Assembly (NCBI GenBank): GCA_003343885.1
Contig: QAKH01000036.1
Coordinates: 2,167-66,166, forward strand
DNA: 64,000 bases
DNA from: Clostridiales bacterium
GTDB lineage: Bacteria > Bacillota > Clostridia > Oscillospirales > CAG-382
Direction of reading: 5' to 3'
This document shows, piece by piece, positions 62,981 through 64,000 of this stretch. The number at the start of each line of letters is the position of its first letter. Positions within the stretch are counted from its first letter, which is position 1. The notes beneath the pieces were generated by a model. That model had not been told where the DNA came from, did not search any database, and saw only the letters and a list, made by a program, of their open reading frames with translations. The translations under genes were made by a program, and so were the position numbers.

Positions 62981-64000
62981 TCAGCTGTTCTTGTCGGCGT
63001 TTATATAATTCTGATGCTCTTGGTAGGTCCGTGAATATACGGTTTCTCCATTCTTCTTTGTATAGAAGTAGTAGTACGATGTTTCATACGGATAGAGAGC
63101 CGCATATATTGCCTCTGTTCCGGGATTGCATATCGGTCCGGGAGGAAGTCCCTTATTTTTATACGTGTTATACGGATGATCGATGGACGTATCTATGCCA
63201 TACATGCCTGTTCTCTCACCTAACGCATATTGTACCGTTGCATCTGAGTTAAGATACGGGAAGTCAGCGCTGTTATTGAGTCGGTTGTGGAATACTGAAG
63301 ATATATAGTAATAATCCTCAGCGTTATTTCCCTCTTTCTCTATCATAGAGGCAAGAGTAATTATCTCGTCAACCGTCATTCCGAGTTCGTCGCATCTCTC
63401 ATAGTATTCGTCCTCAAATTTCCTGTCAAAGTTGACAAGGAATTTATCGAGTGCTGAAATCGGATTTTCATTCAGATAAAAATCATATGTGTCCGGGAAC
63501 AGATATCCTTCAAGGCGGTAACTGTAATCGGTATCAAAGCGGTACTCCGAAAGTTTATCCGGCGTAAGCTCTTTTGCAAAACGATACTCATATTCAAAGC
63601 TTTGCAGTGCCTCAAGGTAATCTTCTTTATCTCCTACTCCGTTTTCGACAAGAAGGTCGATTGTTTCGTTAACGGTAAGTCCTTCCGGAATAGTAATCCT
63701 TACAGTACCGGTCTGAGTTCTCTCATAATCAGAAACAGTATTGATAAGAGTATCGTAATTCATCATCGGATTTACCGTTACCTCGCCTGTAAGATATTCG
63801 CCTGTAAGATAAGAACGTCTATCAATACGGAATTTTGCGTACACCTCAAAAACCCAAGGATACTTTATTACGCCGGCTTCATACAAAATTTGCGCAACAT
63901 CCTCTGTTGTCGCACCTTCCGGAATAACTATGGTTACATTTTGCTCTTCAAGCAGTTCAGCTGTACCGTTCTTCACAAAAGCAAAAACATCATTTCCAAC
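62981..64000 (-). CDS. mltG: Endolytic murein transglycosylase MltG (YceG-like); the 5' end lies outside the window
   Basis: C-terminal catalytic region: ASMIEKE, YNTYKNKGLPPGPICNPG, YYYF. The frame is open to position 64000, so the N-terminal TM segment is missing from the window. Confidence 0.85.
   Translation of the reverse strand, partial: VGNDVFAFVKNGTAELLEEQNVTIVIPEGATTEDVAQILYEAGVIKYPWVFEVYAKFRIDRRSYLTGEYLTGEVTVNPMMNYDTLINTVSDYERTQTGTVRITIPEGLTVNETIDLLVENGVGDKEDYLEALQSFEYEYRFAKELTPDKLSEYRFDTDYSYRLEGYLFPDTYDFYLNENPISALDKFLVNFDRKFEDEYYERCDELGMTVDEIITLASMIEKEGNNAEDYYYISSVFHNRLNNSADFPYLNSDATVQYALGERTGMYGIDTSIDHPYNTYKNKGLPPGPICNPGTEAIYAALYPYETSYYYFYTKKNGETVYSRTYQEHQNYINADKNS

Noticed and set aside
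1-64000. A window-wide scan for mobile elements, prophage genes, toxin-antitoxin pairs, restriction-modification genes, CRISPR-cas, rRNA and tRNA.
   Set aside because: I recognised no integrase, transposase, recombinase, terminal inverted repeats, phage structural genes, methyltransferase/restriction pairs or stable RNA signatures in any frame. The only defence-flavoured gene is the orphan Card1-like CDS, reported above.

Overview
This is a chromosomal, mostly housekeeping window, about 45% GC by eye and using the standard bacterial code (TAA and TGA both terminate clear genes). It most likely comes from a low-GC Gram-positive anaerobe of the Clostridia. The clues are the rseP-ispG-polC gene order, the LL-DAP aminotransferase route (dapL plus dapF), a flavodiiron/rubredoxin O2/NO defence module, ECF-type vitamin uptake, and surface proteins carrying copper-amine-oxidase-like stalk repeats.

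I can support about 50 CDS:
- Amino-sugar genes (glmM, glmS, and a stand-alone GlmU-C-like hexapeptide acyltransferase), with a clear glmS ribozyme in the glmS leader.
- punA, rlmB, dxs, potABCD, ybaK, dapL, dapF, purA, rseP, ispG, polC, serS, a U32 peptidase and mltG.
- Several glycan-related genes: GH78-like, CE4, CE15-like, and a GtrA/GT2/large membrane glycosyltransferase trio.
- An AraC-linked trio of oxidoreductases.

I saw no rRNA, tRNA, CRISPR array, integrase, transposase or phage genes.

The items most worth follow-up are:
1. An orphan Card1/Can2-like (CARF plus DUF1887 PD-(D/E)xK) gene between polC and an RluA-family gene, with no cyclic-nucleotide synthase or cas genes in the window.
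2. An 817-aa membrane protein with P1B-type ATPase architecture in which every catalytic motif is degenerate, preceded by a roughly 260-aa acidic disordered tail.
3. A 718-aa metallophosphoesterase / xylose-isomerase-like TIM / PHP triple fusion, co-transcribed with an uncharacterised TIM-barrel protein.
4. A GC-rich stack of perfect hairpins after serS, abutting a 5'-truncated, TGA-interrupted ConA-like/WbsX-like surface-protein gene.
5. A (T/G)GTCAG(T/C)C microrepeat that fills the dapF-dapL spacer.

All family assignments come from reading the translated ORFs and recalling motifs. No database search was run. Start codons were adjusted by eye using Shine-Dalgarno spacing.
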